From: Olsenella intestinalis
GTDB taxonomy: Bacteria; Actinomycetota; Coriobacteriia; Coriobacteriales; Atopobiaceae
Length of the DNA: 32,000 bases
Direction of reading: 5' to 3'
NCBI RefSeq assembly: GCF_023276655.1
Contig: NZ_JALGRK010000002.1
Location: 610,433-642,432 of the forward strand
Positions 29,975-32,000 of this stretch are shown one piece after another (within the stretch, counting starts at the first letter, position 1; every line of letters starts with the position of its first letter). A model generated the notes under the pieces. It ran no database searches. It was not told the DNA's origin and was given only the letters and a program-made list of their open reading frames with translations. The translations under genes and the position numbers were made by a program.

Positions 29975-30640
29975 CTACGTCCGCAGCCCGAGCAGGATGC
30001 TCCTCAGGTCGTCGACCTTCTCGGCGACGGCACACGCGCCTGCGCCCTCGAGCTCGGAGCGGTCGGCCGTCCCGCCGAAGAGCACGCCCACGCAGGGCAC
30101 GCCCGCCTCGCGCGCGGCCTCCACGTCGAAGCGGCGATCGCCGACCATGACGGCATCCTCGGTCGTCGCCCCCAGCGACTCGACGACCTCGCGGATCGCC
30201 GCGGCCTTCGACATCTCGTCGTCGCTGCGCTTCCCGACCACGACGTCGAAGCGCTCGAGAATCCCCTGGTCGGACAGGCCCTGGCGCACGAACCGCATGC
30301 GCTTGGAGCTTGCGACGCCCAAACGGCGCCCCGCGGCGTCGAGGTCCGCCACGAGCTCCCCCATCCCCTCGATCAGCGGCCAACCCGCCGGGCCCAGGCG
30401 CGCGTAGCGCTCGCGGTAGTCACGCGTGACCTCGCGCGCCTCCTCGTCGCTCAGGCCGAACACGAGCGAGAACGCCTGCGGGAAGGGCGGCCCCACGAGC
30501 TCGGGCGCGCGCACGAGCTCCTCCTCCGCGACACCGTGCTCGCGAAGGACCACCCGTGCGGTCTCAACGATCATCGGCAGCGTGTCGGCAATGGTCCCGT
30601 CGAAGTCGAATATCACGACGCCGCGCTTGCTGAGGTCCAT
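29975..30640 (-). CDS. HAD-IA family phosphatase (phosphoglycolate phosphatase-like)
   Basis: Preferred start is ATG 30640 (MDLSKRGVVIFDFDGTIADT...), with GGGAGGAAG upstream. Motif I DFDGT, motif III K in GKRSDDEMSKAAAI, and motif IV GDRRFDVEAA. Confidence 0.85.
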   Translation of the reverse strand: MDLSKRGVVIFDFDGTIADTLPMIVETARVVLREHGVAEEELVRAPELVGPPFPQAFSLVFGLSDEEAREVTRDYRERYARLGPAGWPLIEGMGELVADLDAAGRRLGVASSKRMRFVRQGLSDQGILERFDVVVGKRSDDEMSKAAAIREVVESLGATTEDAVMVGDRRFDVEAAREAGVPCVGVLFGGTADRSELEGAGACAVAEKVDDLRSILLGLRT

Positions 30641-30821
30641 CTTCCGCTTCCTCCCTGTCGCCCGCCGGCACCATGCCGGAGGGTCCCCCACATGGTATGC
30701 CTTGCGCCCACGGGGCGCTCCGCACCCCGGACGCAGACGCCGGTGCGTTATCAGACACGAAACATGATTGGGCTATCCTAGGTCGAACAACTCGTCCTCT
30801 GATGCCAGCAAGGAGGCATTC

Positions 30822-31913
30822 ATGCCACGAGCGTTCAACTTCTCCGCGGGGCCCTCCGCACTGCCCCAGGCCGTGCTCGAGCGCGCCGCCGCCGAGATGC
30901 TCGACTATGGCGGCAGCGGCATGTCCGTCATGGAGATGAGCCACCGCTCCGCCCCGTTCCAGGAGATCGTCGACGACGCCGAGCAGACGCTCAGGCGCCT
31001 CATGTCCATCCCCGACGACTACCGCGTCATGTTCCTTCAGGGCGGCGCCACGCTGCAGTTCGCGGGCATCCCCATGAACCTCATGCGCAAGCGCCACGCG
31101 GGATATGTCGTCTCGGGCAACTGGTCGCGCCTCGCCTGGAAGGAGGCCTGCAAGTACGGCCAGGCCGACGTCGTGGCGACCAGCGAGCCCGACGGCTTCC
31201 TGCGCACGCCCGAGGTCGCGGGCCCCATCGACCAGGACCTCGACTACCTCTACCTCTGCCAGAACGAGACCGTCTATGGCACCATGCGCCAAGAGCTCCC
31301 CGAGGCCGGCGACGTCCCCATCGTCGCCGACGTCTCGAGCATGTTCCTCTCGTGCCCCCTCGACGTCGAGCGCTACGGCCTCATCTACGCGGGCGCCCAG
31401 AAGAACGCAGGCCCGGCCGGCACCACGGTCGTCATCTGCCGCGACGACCTCATCGGCGACGGCCCCGCCCTCGGCGACCTCGTCCCGACCTACATGGGCT
31501 ACCGCCTCCAGGCCGACAAGTCCTCGCTCTACAACACCCCCAACTGCTGGGGCATCTACGTCTGCGGCCAGGTCTTCCACTGGGTCGAGGACCAGGGCGG
31601 GCTCGACGCCATGGCAGAGCGCAACTGGGCGCGCGTGAACCGCCTCTACGACTACCTCGACCAGAGCTCCCTCTTCGAGCCGCTGGTCGAGAAGAGCTCG
31701 CGCTCGATCGCGAACGTCACCTTCAGGTGCCCCTCCCCCGAGCTCGACGCGGCCTTCGTCGAGCAGGCCGCAGCTCGCGGCATCGTCAACATCAAGGGTC
31801 ACCGCATCCTCGGGGGCATGCGCGCCAGCTGCTACAATGCGGTTCCCGACGAGGCCATCGACGCTCTTCTCGCCTTCATGGCGGACTTCGAGGCCGCGAA
31901 CGCCTCAGCCTAG
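30822..31913 (+). CDS. serC: 3-phosphoserine/phosphohydroxythreonine aminotransferase
   Basis: Preferred start is ATG 30822 (MPRAFNFSAGPSALPQAVLERAA...), with AGGAGG 5 nt upstream. Motifs MEMSHRS, FLQGGATLQF, YAGAQKNAGPAGTTVVI (PLP lysine) and GGMRASCYNA. Confidence 0.93.
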   Translation: MPRAFNFSAGPSALPQAVLERAAAEMLDYGGSGMSVMEMSHRSAPFQEIVDDAEQTLRRLMSIPDDYRVMFLQGGATLQFAGIPMNLMRKRHAGYVVSGNWSRLAWKEACKYGQADVVATSEPDGFLRTPEVAGPIDQDLDYLYLCQNETVYGTMRQELPEAGDVPIVADVSSMFLSCPLDVERYGLIYAGAQKNAGPAGTTVVICRDDLIGDGPALGDLVPTYMGYRLQADKSSLYNTPNCWGIYVCGQVFHWVEDQGGLDAMAERNWARVNRLYDYLDQSSLFEPLVEKSSRSIANVTFRCPSPELDAAFVEQAAARGIVNIKGHRILGGMRASCYNAVPDEAIDALLAFMADFEAANASA

Positions 31914-32000
31914 GAACGACGACGCAGGCGCGAGGCGACGCCCCGCGCACGACAACGACTTGGCCAGGCGCGCCGCGCCGGCCGGCAGGGAGATCCAATG

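Noticed and set aside
1-32000. Mobile element, prophage, defence island or biosynthetic cluster somewhere in the window
   Set aside because: No integrase, transposase, recombinase, phage structural, restriction-modification, toxin-antitoxin, cas, reverse transcriptase, NRPS/PKS or similar signatures appear in any frame. Composition is uniformly G+C-rich apart from short promoter regions. No tRNA genes or flanking long direct repeats are present.
31998-32000. ATG at the very end of the window, preceded by AGGGAG, as the start of a next gene (possibly serA)
   Set aside because: Only the start codon lies inside the window, so nothing can be supported.

Overview
This is a G+C-rich chromosomal segment; third codon positions are almost always G/C. 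It reads as core genome of a high-GC Gram-positive bacterium. The gene content (PHP-type HisJ, SpoIIE/RsbW-type signalling, DUF948, a phasin-like plus ABC1 kinase pair) suggests a Coriobacteriia-like actinobacterium, but that is inference only.

I can support 24 protein-coding genes.
- Minus-strand block, 1-18005: mltG (partial), ruvX, alaS, a SigB/F-type sigma factor with a small RsbW-like anti-sigma and a DUF948 membrane protein, rarA, a dGTPase-like HD hydrolase, an SGNH-esterase/GNAT fusion, a P-type ATPase, a membrane sensor-HAMP-PP2C-RsbW-like fusion, PHP histidinol-phosphatase, and a DUF3267 zincin-like membrane protein.
- Plus-strand block, 18210-27523: metG, an alpha/beta hydrolase, MarR plus a heterodimeric ABC exporter, a Tat-lipoprotein cyclophilin, and a secreted coiled-coil RlpA-like protein.
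- Then a phasin-like plus ABC1/UbiB kinase pair and a HAD phosphatase on the minus strand, and serC on the plus strand.

I see no rRNA or tRNA genes, no transposase, integrase or phage genes, no cas genes, and no recognisable defence, toxin or biosynthetic cluster. I therefore do not find a convincing multi-gene novel system.

The observations most worth a second look are:
1. A 370-bp head-to-head array of eleven 25-nt repeats (9046-9416) that forms one giant imperfect palindrome.
2. A translationally coupled DUF948 / kinase-dead-looking anti-sigma / sigma unit with no STAS partner.
3. The membrane PP2C-kinase fusion sitting just upstream of a P-type ATPase.
4. A cytoplasmic SGNH-GNAT fusion protein.
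5. A 13-18 nt motif (GGCTCTTCTCGCC) that recurs at gene 3' ends.

Many very long ORFs in the track are antisense artefacts of the high G+C content.
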